Assembly: GCA_045837725.1 (NCBI GenBank)
Contig: JBEWZL010000202.1
Coordinates: forward strand, 557,235 to 577,234
Length of the DNA stretch: 20,000 nt
Reading direction: 5' to 3'
Source: Vermamoeba vermiformis
Taxonomy: Eukaryota
A program made the translations under genes and the position numbers. Position 1 is the stretch's first letter. Every line of letters starts with the position of its first letter. Of this stretch, positions 1 through 12,656 are shown one piece after another. A model generated the notes under the pieces. The model saw nothing but the letters and a program-made list of their open reading frames with translations. It made no database searches and was not told the DNA's origin.

Positions 1-2010
1 AGGAAATTATTTAGCTGACTTGGGAGACCACCTGAGGTGCCACATCTGGTAATTGTTCACTTGACCTCCTGTTGGCGAGTATTATTCTAAATATTTTTTT
101 TCAGCTTATCCACGCTCGTGGATCCACATTCATTACCTTGTAACCACTTGTTTTGCAAGTAAGAAAATGCATAAGTAATTTTATTAATTTCTAAAAAATG
201 TCGGATCTCACCCGCTCTGCACAAAAGGCTAATAATAATGTCGAATTATATTAAATATCTATTTTAGAGAATGTATTTCGCGTAGTATAACGCAGAAGGC
301 TCAATGTCCAGTATGTCGCATTCCATGCTACAAGCGCGACATTAAGAAAAATCATCAGCTGAGCGCTATTGTATCATCGTTCGATAAATTAGTCGCTTTG
401 CAAAAGAAGCGAAAGCGCGAGCCAGAAGATGATGATGGTAGCGAAGAACCATTTTTTAAGAAACCAAAGCGCAGCCCGAGTGTACGTCTCTAATAATAGC
501 AGCATGCGGGAACAGATTATAATTTGCGAAATATAGGCGAAGGAGACGAAGAAAAAGACCGAAGTTAATGGTGACAGTCCTAATCACCCGCCGTCGAGCA
601 GCGAAATGCAGTCCTTGTTGAAGCAATTAAAGGCGCACGACGAGCATTTAGACGAAATAGATAAGTTGCTGGCACAGACAGGTACGCCACATTAAGAAAT
701 TCATTGGTTTGTCTAATGACGGAAAAATATTAACGGCTGTAGTCACTCCATTGGATGGTTCACCGGTCAAGTCGCTGCCAAACAGCCGCAAGAATTCAGA
801 CCTCAATTCACAAGAGTCGATCAACGGCTCGGAGCGAAAGAGAGTGTCGCAGCTCAGTTTTGACGGGCAACAAGAATCAGAACAGTTTGGGAATGACAGT
901 CTACCACAAGACTCCAATCGTAGCGCGATTGATACACCTGTCAGGAAGTCACCACGACGACCGGGTGGCAATAAAAAGACACCACCAAAGACTAAAAAGA
1001 AGGAGTCGTCCTCGGTTGTTGAATCAGATGAAGAAAAAGAGAATAACGAGGCATCGAGTAACAAGGCTAAAATCAGTACCAGAGCAGTGTCAGCCAAGTC
1101 ATCTTCGAGCAAATTTGTGTTGTTGCCGACGAGTCTCAATGACGAGGCATTGGTAAGTCCATTAATGTAAGGTAGACGTGCTCGTTAACCATAGTTGACA
1201 GATGGAGTTGAAAGAAGTGGCCAAGCAACTCGGAGGCTCAGTGGTGAAGCATTTCAACGCCAAAGTGACGCACATTGTCACTGACTATGTAGCACTGCCT
1301 GCAGCGAGTATCAAGCGGTCACCGAGCGGATTATCAAACAGCACCAACAACAGTCTGATGCCGCAGCAGAATGTCGACAAGAACAAAGTTTTGAAAGCCG
1401 CAAAAAGAACTGTCAAGTTTTTAATGGGCATTTTGCAAGGGAAGTGGATGGTCACGATGGATTGTAAGTGTCATTGTCGCTAGCTTTAGCTTTGTGTCTT
1501 TAGTTAACCTCGGAAATCAAGGGATAAAGCAGTGCAGAAAAGAAGGACAGTGGGTCGCCGAAGACTCGTTTGAAATTGAATGCGATACACTCGGCAATGT
1601 CGGAGGACCGCAACGAGGGCGTATAAGCATTGGTCAAAAGGTAAATATAATCCAAATATATCAAGTCAAGTAATGTTCCTCCGCTCATTATGTGTTTGTC
1701 GCAGACTTCACCGCTGTTCAATAACTACACAGCGACACTTTTGGGAGATTTCCGTGGTCCTACTAAACCCGAATTTCGACAAGTGTTGGAGTCAGGTGGT
1801 GCGGAGGTTGTGAATAGAATAACCAAAAATGACACAGATCGTGAAGGATTTATTACACTTGCAATACTAGACGCGCAGCTATCGAGCGACAAAGTTGAAA
1901 AGCTAACGAAGACATTGGGGGAGGATGTTGAGGTGATTAAATCTTCGTGGGTCTTGGATTCGATCAGTTGCTACGAAATTTTGCCGTTTGCAAATTATCG
2001 ATTTGCATAG
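1..2010 (+). CDS. BRCA1/BARD1-like protein: N-terminal C3HC4 RING, low-complexity linker, tandem BRCT repeats (5'-partial, 8 exons in window)
   Basis: Hand-spliced exons <2-48, 105-158, 268-481, 537-681, 743-1152, 1202-1463, 1522-1640, 1705-2010 (all GT-AG, phases consistent). RING reads CHICLSTLVDPHSLPCNHLFCKECISRSITQKAQCPVCR followed by NHQLSAIV. BRCT1 contains VTHIV...RTVKFLMGILQGKWMVTMDW (cf. BRCA1 RTLKYFLGIAGGKWVV). BRCT2 contains PLFNN...GG...SSWVLDSISCYEILP. About 518 aa lie inside the window. Confidence 0.88.
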
Positions 2011-2184
2011 TAGTTACCAAACTTAGTAAAATAAAGATGTAAATAGTGGAAAAATAATGAAATGTAATTTTCAACCAACCGCAGGATCGCTAAATTTTGG
2101 AATTTCTTAACGGGTCGTGTCAAAAATCGGACAAACGACTTTTTCGTTGGCAAATTTGACTGACGAAACAACCACTCAGCAACA

Positions 2185-5100
2185 ATGGAAGCACCACAGA
2201 TCGACGTGTCTGTGGGGTCCTTCGCCCTTCTCTCCGACGAAATAGTTTTGCACATCCTTCAAGTATGCTTTGCTAAGAACAAATAATTTCCTGGTGCATT
2301 ATAACTAATATATAAATAAATATTGTTTTAATAGTTTTTGAAGCCTGGACCAAGTATTGGAGCAATATTTCAAACTGCAAAACGATTTGGTGCATTTTAT
2401 GCAAGTCAGCATTTTTGGTAAGTATTATTTATGATATCCAACGGCTTTTGTAATATTATTTTGCAACCAGCTATTTTTTTGGTTGCGTTGTAAAAATATA
2501 GACTGGATCTTGACAGATCTTTAAAGTTGCAACGCGCTTCCAAGCTATCGAAATTAGAATCACACAAAATCCTTTATTTGCTCTATTTTCCAGAAGATTT
2601 AAATTCAGATTTATCCTCATTTTGAGAAAACGTTAATTAATTGTAGATCCCGTGTAAAATTACTGATTTTTTAATTATTCTATCAGGAGAGATTTGCACA
2701 CGAGATTTTACGGTTCACCAAAACCGCCCACAAGATCATGGCGAGATTTTGCTATTGAATCTTATTTAAAGTCAACTGAATTCAAGAAATTGTTGGTGGT
2801 GGATCCGTCGAAATCCAGTGTTTATGTGGAGACAAAACTCGCTTGGGCTGTGAAAAGTGGACACGCAGCTATGGTAGAGCGCATGTTAGTGAAGCATTTG
2901 TCCTCTTTGGCCAAGCCATTCTTGCGTAAGATTCTGACAAGTGCGTGCCACCGCGGGTTTGCGCGGATCGTGACCTTGTTGCTGGATTGTCACGTCGATG
3001 TCAATAGTGCAAGACCAAAGTCAGGCTCGACGCCATTGTTTTTCGCATGGTAAGCATTTGCTCATCGTTAGTGGAATTCCTGATCCGATCTAACAATGTG
3101 AGCAGTCAAGAGGGTCGCACTGAAATCGTCGAGCTGTTGCTGCGAAACAAGGCTAATCCAAACATATCACGTGCTGATGGTTCTACTGCCTTGTACATTG
3201 CTGCACAGAATGGCCACAGACGAGTGGTGGAGCAGTTGTTGGATGCCGGTGCTTCTCCGAATGCAGCTTGTCAGGACGGAGCAACGCCCTTGTTTATCGC
3301 CAGTCAAGAAAGCCACGCTGATGTGGTGAAAGTTCTTGCCTCGCGTGGAGCAAACGTTGATGCGCCGTTCTGCGATGGCACCACCGCCTTGATCGTCGCT
3401 GCTCAAAATGGTAGCGAGGCAGTCGTGGAAATCCTTATCAAGCATTATGGTACGAAGTTCAAATCATAGCAATGTGTTCTAACCACGATATTAGCCAATC
3501 CTAATGCGAAATGCGAGGACGGAACTACGGCACTGTTTGTCGCGTGTCAGAACGGCAAAACAGAGATTGTGCGTCGTTTGTTGGCTTTGCCGTCAATTCG
3601 CATTAACTCTGCGTCGACCGAAGATGGTTCTACACCACTGTACATTGCGTGTCAGAATGGGCATTTGAGCGTCGTTGAGGCGTTGCTTGAAGTACCTGAT
3701 ATCGGTAAGCTCAATCAAGTAGCCAAGGCATTAGTACTAATCCTTTTTAGATGTCAACATTGCAACCACTGACGGCACAACGCCCTTGCATGTCTCGTGC
3801 TTCAAGGGACACCAGAAGATCTCGCGGTTGCTCATCGAGAAGGGCGCCAATGTTAATTCCAACCAAAAACAGGGAGGAGTGCCGTTACATTACGCCTGTC
3901 ACAACGGTGACATCAAGACTGTAAAGTTGTTAGTTCAACACGGTGCCAAGCTGGACGCCTTCCGCTCCAATCAACGCGGCACTGCTTTGATGCTGGCGTG
4001 TCAAAAAGGTCATCTCTCTGTGGTCAAAGCATTGATCAACGCTGGCGCAGACGTCAATGTGGCCTCGCAGAATGGCACGACTGCATTGTATCGCGCTTGC
4101 CAGAATGGACACTTGCCTGTCGTCAAAGCGTAAGTAGCCGAGTGCCTCATCAACATGACTTGAACTAATGTCTTGGTGTCGCAGTCTGTTGAAAGCTGAC
4201 GCTAAGGTGAATGCTATACGTAGCAACAATTCAACGCCGCTCTATGCAGCATGTTGCAATGGCTTTGTGGAAATCGTGGACTTGTTGTTGAAGCACGGTG
4301 CTGACTTGCATCTTCGGTGCACTGACAAAACAACTGCTTTCTCCGTGGCATGTCAACACGGCTACGCTGATATCGTGCAGCTTCTGTTGGAGCACGCCAA
4401 ACGATTAGCACAAACGATCAACAACACGAACATCAACAACGAAGAGGTGGAGGAGCTCGATCACATCGAAGTTACCATTCCAAAGTCGCCTGCTGCCAGT
4501 CCTCGTGCTAACAGACCCAACAAGCTCAACGCTAGCATCGAGTCACCTGCGAGCATCAAAATAACGCAGCTGCACACTGAAAAGATCAAGGGCAAGTTCA
4601 AGCGACTGATGAGCAGAATCCAGTCCTCAGATAGGATCGTGCCCTCCAACAACAATACCAACGTTGCTTTGCCGGTGGATTCGCCCAAGCAGATCGACAC
4701 CGAGATGCGATCAAGTGATGGACTCACGCCATTGTTACAAGCGTGCCACGAAGGTCACGTCGAAGTGGTGAAGTGTTTGATTGACCACGGCAGCAACTTG
4801 CAAGCTACCTGTCGCTACGGCTACACCGCTCTGCACATTGCCAGCTTGAACGGCCACCGTGACATTGTGGAGCTATTGCTCTCCTTGCATGCCATCAACA
4901 TCGATCAGAAAGGTGATGAAGGCATGACAGCATTGCATTTGGCGTGTCGCAAAGGCAACTTGGAGGTTGTGCAGTTGTTGCTCGATTTCAACGCCAATCT
5001 CGAGGCGTGCACTCGCCATGGCATGACGGCGCTGCACTTAGCTTCTAAGCGCGGCTACGCTACCATTGCAGAGATGTTGCTCAAACAAGGTGCACGTGTC

Positions 5101-5370
5101 AATGCCATGTGCAAAGAGAACAATACGCCGTTGCATTACGCGTGCAAGTACTCGCATGTTGATACCGCTGCCGTGCTGCTCAAGTACGACGCAGACTTTG
5201 ATATCGAGTCAAAAGAGCGATTGACCCCGCGAAGAATTGCTGCTGAAAAAGGACCTGAAGAGCTGTTGCAGCTGATCGAGAGTGCTGTCGATAATAACAA
5301 TAACAAGTCTGGAAATATTATCGACAAACTCAAGCGCTGGACAACTAAGAAGATACTCTCGAAGAAGTAA
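2185..5370 (+). CDS. F-box + multi-ankyrin-repeat protein (7 exons)
   Basis: ATG at 2185; approximate introns 2263-2334, 2418-2687, 3050-3104, 3449-3494, 3705-3750, 4130-4184. The spliced N-terminus FALLSDEIVLHILQFLKPGPSIGAIFQTAKRFGAFYASQHFWRDL resembles an F-box. It is followed by roughly 20 ankyrin repeats (G-T-P/A-L-x-x-A-x-x-x-G-H...LL..GA.VN), split by an N/S/P-rich linker at ~4410-4700. Stop at 5370. Confidence 0.88.
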
Positions 5371-5456
5371 TATGTACATAGTGCCCAATTGTATTTTTGT
5401 GTAATATAAAATGTAAATTTGTTTGCGACTTTTGTGTCAGATATTTTGTTGCAACA

Positions 5457-6956
5457 ATGGCCACAGATCCGATATTTAATAATCAAGATTATGCTGAGAC
5501 TATTAAAAAGGAAGTGCTCAAACGAGACAAAACAGTTCTAGCAAGTTCTTTTTCCGCGGATGGTGATTATTTGATCTGCGGAAGCAATAGAGGGTACATT
5601 GCAGTATGGTACTTGCCTAAATATTTTGTAAGTCATAATTTGTGTTTTTTTTCGTCGCAGATGCAGTGAGTAATTTATAAAATACAAATTATTAATAGCG
5701 ATAATTTAGAACTCCGAAAACCCGTTCAATTCTGCTCAAAGGTAATATAAAATTAACAGTAAAAAATATTGCCGATTTTTCTAACCATTTATTTGCTCAG
5801 CGGACCCGATCTGACTTTTAAAGCCTTCGATGGCGCTGTATATTGTTTGGAATCAATTATTATACAACACAATATCATTTTAATAAGGTAGGTACCATCA
5901 AAATGTAAAATTAACCCCTCTAAATTAATACAACAGTGGTGGTCAATTCTCGGTCAAAGCATGGAGTTGGTCTGACATTACAAACAAGATTTCAAACAAA
6001 AAACAAGACTTAAGTACGTTAAATTTGCCTTAATAATAGTCGTACTAACCGCGGTAGATATTAAACTCATGTTCGAGCTCAAAAACCCCGTGCCAACCAC
6101 CGCTTCAGCATTCAGTTTTCTGGCCGAGACAAATGCAGTTTCGTTCGACGACAGCGTGAGTGACAATGCTCGAGATCCTTATATGAAGAATAGTGTTTAA
6201 CTTTGGTTTAGAAATCCACATTGTTCACAGCGTGCGGTGACAACAAGGCCTACGCATGGAATGTTGAACGACAAACAGTACTGCGCAGTTTTGAAGGACA
6301 CACGGCCTATTTGCATTGCTTAAAGTGGTCAAAACAAAAACAGCAATTGTTCACCGGCTCTGAAGATGGCACAGTGCGCATTTGGGGTATGGACAAAAAC
6401 TACGGGTGTAGGGCCTTACTTACTCTTTTACGGTAGATTTAAGCGTCAAAGACCAGCTGGGGATTTTAGACCCGCTTCAAGGCACTGCGTTAAAGACACA
6501 AAAGGAGGCGCAAGCCAAAGATAATACTAGCAGCAATTGGATTTCGTGTCTGGATCTAGACAGCAGCAGCGAGTGGCTTGTGTGTGGTGGTGGAGGCAAA
6601 TATTTGAGTCTGTGGTACTTGCCTATGCAACACGTCACGTCATACTTGCCAATGCTGGCGCCCGTGCAAGATGTGTTTTTTTACGAGGACTCGGTAAGCG
6701 AGCACTGCGGTACGAGGCGAGAGGCTAATTAGTTTCACAGATCGTCTCGGTTGGTCTTGAAGACAGTGTATATAATTGGAAATTGAACGGAAGTCTAGTG
6801 TCCAGGGCGGAGTCCAGTTCGAAAGCAATTTACACCGCCAAATACAACACGAGCGGGCATAACAAAGTGATGGTGACTGCAGGAGCGTCGAGTAGTATTG
6901 ATGTGTATTATTCTTTTTCACGGAAAGCGTTCTCACTGCTTTGGGACGAACAATAA
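5457..6956 (+). CDS. THOC6: THO complex subunit 6 homolog (WD40 protein), multi-exon
   Basis: ATG at 5457 (MATDPIFNNQ...TVLASSFSADGDYLICGSNRGYIAVW). Internal exons encode AETNAVSFD, LFTACGDNKAYAWNVE..FEGHTAYLHCL..LFTGSEDGTVRIWD and WISCLDLDSSSEWLVCGGGGKYLSLW, which match THOC6 motifs. The last exon, 6741-6956, ends ...VTAGASSSIDVYYSFSRKAFSLLWDEQ*. Confidence 0.8.
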
Positions 6957-7012
6957 ATGTAAATCATCCAGTGAAAAGCAAGTCGTGGCACTAACCAGAG
7001 TAGCTATTTACA

Positions 7013-9495
7013 TTACATTACAATACAATTCTTATCACCGTTGCCAGTGGTTACAGTTGAAGAGGAGCCTTTGCCGTTCTCCTCGTTCCATTTTGCGAGT
7101 TCTTTTTCGTAGTCCTCTAAATCTTTCAAGTACGACAGTGGCGGCCATTGGTTCTCTTCAACGAACTTCAAGTTCTCTTTCGTCAGTTGTGCGAACTCGG
7201 GACGTTTCTTCATTGGTTGATAATTAGATGCGACGAAGTGCAGACAGAACTTGGCTAATTGATTGGCGTTGTGTTGTTGTGCTAACTGCAGCAAACCAAT
7301 GACGTCAATGTCTGCCTTTTCAATGCCTTTCTCGCAAGCTCGTTCGACCATCTTTGAGATGTACAGCTCGCATAGAGTACCGAGACGAGTTACTTGATAA
7401 CGATCGGCAAGCATCAATAGACCAACAGCATCGCCTTCTTCGATCGGTGCGTGTTCCGTATAGATGTACTCGAGCAAGGGCAAGAAGGTCTCAGCAGCGC
7501 AGTCAGAAATTGAAATCGTGTTCGTGCGTGACTCTTTGAATCCACCGCTGAATGATGCGCTCAACACGTCACATCGTGCGGTGATGACGGCTTTGTGCAC
7601 GGGAATGAATCGGTCCATCACTTGGATCTTGAAGTCGCTGTACAACTCTTTGTCGAAGAACAAGTACTTGGCCTTGTCTGCAGTGCGATCGTTCAACCAC
7701 GTGCCAATGCTAGGATTGAGTTCACCCAAGTCTTCGCGGATGTTCTGGCAGTAGGTCGCGAGTTCTGGAATGTCGTATGTTTCTGCTGCCGTGATGGTCT
7801 CGCTGAGCAAGTCCTCTTTGCCTTGGATCGTGGCCATGCCTGTGTACAAGAACTCGAGCACACGCGCGAACACCTTGGCTTTGATACTCGAGTGCAGGCG
7901 AATGACCGTCTGAAATGCAAGGGTCAGTCATTTGCATTGCTTCCACTGCTCACATTAGACTTACTCGTTGCACGGTCTTGCCGTCTTCTTGCCATTGAGA
8001 CTCGTACATTTCAGCGAATCCTCGAACGTTTCCGTTGCTAATATCTTCGGCCGAGATGGGACTGAAGGTATCGGTCTTGACGAGGTGTTTCTCTTGCTCG
8101 TCCTTGCTGTCCTTCTTCGACTTCTTGTTGCTCTCCATGTACTTCTTGGTGCGGTTGTTCAAATCTTCAAAGTACTGCGAGTCATCGACGTTGAAGATGC
8201 GGCAGAACAGTCTCGAAGCAGAGCACAGCACCATTTTGTGCGCGAATAGCTTGTCATCCTCGACGCGGAACTCGACGTCAGCGAACTGTTTGTGATTGAC
8301 GAGTTTCTTGAAATCTTCGGCAATGCGCGCATTTTCTGCAACAACAGTCAGCAAAAAGAAGCCCAAACGAGCCAAGATCACCGTACCAATATTAATCCAA
8401 GGAGCAGGGCCAGCACGAGGCATCACGGGGGGCAGTGGCTTGCACTTGCCATTGATGCCAATGATCTCTTTTGATTTTTTGCCCTTCTTGCCGCCTTTCT
8501 CACCCGACGAGCCACCGCTCAGCGCCGCTTTGATCGCCGTGTCAAACGTGTTCAGCAGTCCGTTTTGAGTCAGAGCACTGTCGTCGATGTTAGTCGATGG
8601 ATTACTAGTGATCGTGGTCCGCGTACCTGTTCTCGCAATAAGCTACGGCACCAATCTCTTTAGCCAAGGCGCGACCCTGCTCAGTAGTAATAGGTGACAT
8701 GTCACGCTCTCGCAGACGCTGGAGCGCGTTTTGATCTTCACGCAGATCGAGTTTGAGACCGCACAATACGATGGGAGTGCTGCAGTAATGGCGTCAGATC
8801 TCGACTAAAAAGTCTAAGCAAACGACTTACTTTGGGCAGTGGTGCACGATCTCCGGTACCCACTTGTCTTTAACATTGCTGAATGAAGTGGGCGATACTA
8901 ACGAAAAACAGACCAAAAACACGTCCGTTTGTGGGTAACTAAGTTCAAATAACCGTTAGTATTTTGAAGGCTCGGGGTGTTCACTTCGTTCTTTACCTTA
9001 AAGGCCGCAGTCGGTCGTAATCTTCTTGTCCTATCATAATTCACTAATTAGTAAACGGACGAGACGGAGCTCTGATCGCATACCAGCCGTGTCCCAAAGA
9101 CCGAGATTGATCGGTTTACCAGCAACCATGACGTTAGCACTGTGATTTGTTATTTGTTGCTCTTCATTATTTAAAATATTTATAATAACGGATAGTGTGT
9201 CATTACAATTACCTGTAATTGTCAAAGACGGTCGGCACATACTCGCCTGAAATTTAGATCAGAATTTAATTCGTGAAAGCAAAAAAACCTGAATGAACTT
9301 ACCAGGAAAGCTGTTCGTTGTGTACGATATAAGCAAGCAACTTTTTCCAACTAAATAGTAAAAAAAATTAATAGATCATTTATCGCATTGCAGTTCGGCC
9401 TGTTTTTTTACACGATGGAGTGTTTAAATGCACGAGAATTTTCATTAAATCGTACCTGCTCCGTCACCAACGACTACGAGTTTGATCGACTGCAT
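7013..9495 (-). CDS. racA: RhoBTB/RacA-type protein: Rac-like GTPase, proline-rich region, two BTB domains, C-terminal domain, CAAX
   Basis: Spliced minus-strand model: [83 protein letters not shown]...[25 protein letters not shown]...EN|SALTQ, then [20 protein letters not shown]1 ([20 protein letters not shown]...[11 protein letters not shown]) carries an insertion; BTB2 reads [20 protein letters not shown]. Ends NCIVM*. The architecture is that of Dictyostelium RacA / RhoBTB. Confidence 0.92.
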
Positions 9496-9929
9496 CTTCG
9501 AAATCGAGATCCGATGGTTGTTAGTGCTTTGTGTTAGAAATAATTCAAAGGAGCGCTAGTGGTGTTGAACATTGATTCGTTATGCGAAATCATAAATCGA
9601 ATGAAAACGCGTTTTTAGCTGAAACAAACCTACTCCCAAAAATAGCACAACGCATTAGAACCCGAGAACGAAATGTATTTAATATGACCAATGCTAAATT
9701 GGTTTATATCTTGTATATGCCCGTTTGGCAATTTTAGCGCAAGAGATACGGTTCTAAGCTGTCTGTGGTTTCAAATCCGTCTACTGTCGCGTTCAGAAGC
9801 CCCAAAGTTCTCGTCAAAATTCGTGCAGCCCTCCGCTATTATGACTCGTAGCTAAAATTAGGTGCAAACGAAGATTTGTTCGTTAAAATTTTGTTTTGTT
9901 TTGGTGACCGTTTCATAAACGACGCAACG

Positions 9930-11493
9930 ATGAATCGTCTAGTTCTTCTTTTGTTGTTGGTGGCAATGGTGGCGACAGTATCCGGTCTTCTGGTGAGTAA
10001 ACTCAGGCAAAATTTTGAATTCTAAATCCGATTGAAAATAAACGCAAAATTAATGTAAAATTTCTTTTAACGTATATTTTATTTTATTAATTAAAGTCAT
10101 ATTTATGTTAACACGTTTTAACTTCCAAATGTTATTTTTGTAGTCGTATTCGTTGGAACGCAGATCTGAAACATTTCCACTCTCATCGAATGCAATGATA
10201 AACAATTTCCCTCTCGCGCTGCACAACGATTTATTAATACACAGCGCTTACCAGTTCCCTAACACCTTCGCCATCCGTCGCAGAGATCAGCAAGGTTTTT
10301 ATCAGCTGGTTAGCAACGTTACTGCTAATTCGTTTAATCCTGTGACGAATGGAAAATATGTTTTTGCTTGGAGTGAAGGATACCTTATTTGGGAATTGAA
10401 GGACAATTCGCTGCTGGATTCGGGGACCATTGCCGACACAACTTATAGTGCCAAAATCTTCGAGGACGATACGATAGTCGTCTTAAATAGCGATGCCAGT
10501 TTGGTTTCCTATCAATTGGTTAACGGCACTTGGAGCATAGTCCAGGTCTCAGATTATCCCAACGTGGATCCTTTGCCCCTGACCTTCCCTCCGACAATTA
10601 ATTTGGCGGCACCGTTCCATGGAAACTATTTTAAAACAAGCTATTTTATCGCCTTCAGTCAGTACCTCAGCAATATTAGAATTCTGGAACGCCAAGCGGA
10701 TCTGTCGTGGCAACTCAGCGAAACTATTGCTTGGACCAATTTTTCTACTAATGCAGTGGGTGCTTATAACGGCAATGACACTGTAGCTGTTGGTTACTCA
10801 CTCGCAGACGCACCCGCCGGCACTGGCTATCTCGTAATTTTCACAAAGGTCAATGGCGATTGGCAACAACGGAACTACCAAGGCGCAGATCTGGGCATTG
10901 ATCCTCTCGGCTCTTTTGGCACCAGTGTTGCATTCTCTGATCAAAACACTCTATGGATCTCAGCACCTACTGATGGTCAATCAACGGACTCTAGCAGATC
11001 TGGCAAGATCTATATGCTGACACGTACCTCTTTGGGTGTGTGGGAACCTATGTCAGAGTTTAATTCTAATGACAATGTGAAATTTGGAATGGGTGTCAAT
11101 TTCGTAGATGATTACCTCGTCACAATTGGCTGCAATAACCAGAGTGCTGAATGCAACTTGTACTCTGTACCTCTTTGTATCTTGGAGCCAGTCAACATTA
11201 CTTGTCATGACCAACAGGCAAAAAGCTGTGCGGATGTAGACCCCAACAGTCTCTTTACAATTGACAACTCGAATTGTGAATCTGTGCCCATAACAGTCAG
11301 TCACGTGACTGTCGACACTGACAAAGGAGTGACTGTAGAATTCACTTTCTCTAGGTCAGGTTACAACACTAATTGCATGTCAGTGGTCTCCTGTACTCGT
11401 CCACCCTCAGCCAATACCCCTCGTACAAGTAATGCTAGCTTGATTGCTGGCAGTTTAACGCTCATTGCCCTGCTTGTTGCCATGGTGTTCTAA
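9930..11493 (+). CDS. Secreted, probably GPI-anchored surface protein with FG-GAP (integrin-alpha-like) beta-propeller repeats and a Cys-rich domain
   Basis: Exon 1 (9930-9992) is a signal peptide, MNRLVLLLLLVAMVATVSGLL. A GT-AG intron spans 9993-10143 and exon 2 spans 10144-11493, giving ~470 aa. FG-GAP-like segments: SFGTSVAFSDQNTLWISAP...SGKIYML and KFGMGVNFVDDYLVT. Several N-x-S/T sites are present. The C-terminus SNASLIAGSLTLIALLVAMVF* is hydrophobic with no cytoplasmic tail. Confidence 0.75.
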
Positions 11494-12539
11494 ATGCTTA
11501 CTACAGGACCAATAAATCTCTCTCTTTTAGTCTAATTTGATACATTCATTCTCCAAGCAATCCAACTGCCTACCATGATTTTACTACTTGCGAACCTCTA
11601 GAGAAGATTTGCACTAAAAACTGTTGACTTTCAAAGCAGCAACCGAGTAACTGCGTGAATTGTTTGGATACTGATGCTTCTTGTAATCAAAAGAATAAAG
11701 TTTGTCATTGTCTTGCTTTATGCTTTGATACTACAGAATGAGTTATTAAATATTTGGCAATTAGTTGAAAATGTACAAAGACATTAATTTCCTCATTGGC
11801 ACTTTTGCTTTGGTTGTCTATTGCTGGAACATCACTTGGGATTTATTTTGTACTTGAATAGGGTCCTGGATTATTGTCTGGTGCTTGATCTGATTTGCCA
11901 GTGGAGTCAACAATTTGGTCATCATTGACTTGATCAATGGTGCTGGCAATTCACTAACATTAGCATCCAAGCCAATGTGATATAGGGGCTTCACATCAGG
12001 TTTTTTCTAAATATTGATTATTGGTTGTGTTTGTAATGCACAGTGTCTTTGTCCTAACATGTTAGCAATAAGTAAGTGCACACTTACTTCTCAACATTTG
12101 CAAATGCCCAACAGCTTGCAGGAAGCCTCAATAGGTGACCAGAACTCAGATAAATGAACACAGAATTTAAAGTGTCTTATGTTGTAGTAGGTTATTTGAG
12201 GTGTAGAATTCAAATATGGTGTCAAGATAAGGGTCTGAGTTCATGTAATCCCAGGTGTGGATTTACAGTTTGGATTAAAATTTTGTACTAACATACGGAG
12301 TACTGTCAACTTCCATTGTTTCTGGAAAAGAGTAGAAGCCAAGTTGAGATTCTAATCTATGTGTTGGCTGTAAAGCTCTTACTTGTAGTGCTGAGGGTAT
12401 GTTATGGGCATAATAGTTAAATTGTTGATGATTGTTCTTCTGTTTTTCTTGAAAGTTTATGATTTGGTTAGGATAAATTTGGTCCCATGAATTTGATGGT
12501 ATTTTCACAAAATTCAGCAGATCTGTTGTGAATGAGGGA

Positions 12540-12636
12540 GTTAAAAACTCTTCGTAGTGTGCGAAGAAATTTTTTTTTGTGTTTTTAGAATTACAATAAA
12601 AAAATTAGGACAATCTCGTGTTAAAAACTCTTCGTA
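12540..12636. repeat. 17-bp direct repeat pair GTTAAAAACTCTTCGTA, possible transposon end motif
   Basis: Identical copies at 12540-12556 and 12620-12636, just 3' (on the minus strand) of the transposase fragment's stop codon. Confidence 0.8.
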
Positions 12637-12656
12637 AAATTGGTTTCGCAAATTTA

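Noticed and set aside
1-5370. A single BARD1 gene (RING-ANK-BRCT) or a split BARD1
   Set aside because: The ankyrin repeats lie downstream of the BRCT stop codon in a separate gene with its own ATG and F-box-like start.
648-8568. Antisense or alternate-frame ORFs overlapping host genes (e.g. 648-1139, 4461-4727, 7595-8041)
   Set aside because: They are shadows of well-supported coding exons on the other strand or frame.
11560-12508. Possible minus-strand gene, including ORF 12275-12508 and the hairpin at 12070-12089
   Set aside because: No consistent spliced frame or recognisable domain could be built; at most a decayed relic.
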